Of a DNA stretch of 64,000 nt, positions 63,774-64,000 are shown piece by piece (within the stretch, counting starts at the first letter, position 1; each line of letters starts with the position of its first letter). Location of the stretch: assembly GCA_964016885.1 (NCBI GenBank), contig OZ024741.1, forward strand, positions 219,046,001 to 219,110,000. Reading direction: 5' to 3'. The notes under the pieces are model-generated. The model had not been told where the DNA came from. It saw nothing but the letters and a program-made list of their open reading frames with translations, and did not search any database. The DNA is from Eledone cirrhosa. Its lineage: Eukaryota. The position numbers and the translations under genes are program-made.

Positions 63774-64000
63774 ATATTTTAAATAAACATGTTTTAACGG
63801 TCTATTCTCCGATTTTTTACTTTCCCACGTGCTTACGCTCTGCTAACTCTCTAGCCCACTAAATATTAACACTTCTAATATTTAATACTGCCGGCACTAG
63901 TATCGAGCACCTTTGGCATACGCTACTTGGCAAATAACTATATGTATCACCTATCCCCCCTTTTTTTCTCTTTCTCGATACGTAAATACTATATATATAT

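Larger units (their letters stand above)
62781..63990 (+). mobile_element. 5'-truncated Naiad-type PLE: inverted pLTR (62781-63040), GIY-YIG remnant, pLTR (63574 to ~63990)
   Basis: ~260-bp inverted arms; ORF remnant between them; both ends at (TA)n. Confidence 0.88.

Overview
Gene-poor, repeat-saturated animal DNA. It is probably cephalopod (Octopus-like); this is inferred from the tRNA/CORE SINEs with RTE tails and the extreme (TA)n density. No host gene could be supported. Contents: a decayed Ty3/Gypsy element nested in an internally deleted Helitron that also carries a Chapaev3-type (RAG1/Transib-related) DNA transposon; a second Chapaev3 copy; Penelope-like elements (PLEs) of two clades; five tandem 5'-truncated RTE LINEs; CR1/L2-group LINEs; two SINE superfamilies; MITEs; a 4.4-kb 56-bp satellite; and many micro/minisatellites. 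The most striking unexplained structure is six long fold-back (inverted-repeat) elements from about five sequence families. Each carries a type-I hammerhead ribozyme motif (CUGANGA...GAAA...UH), so there is one motif on each strand, and most sit in or beside (TA)n tracts. Two still enclose PLE GIY-YIG remnants; four have no ORF. All alignments and folds were done by eye, so coordinates are approximate to a few bases.
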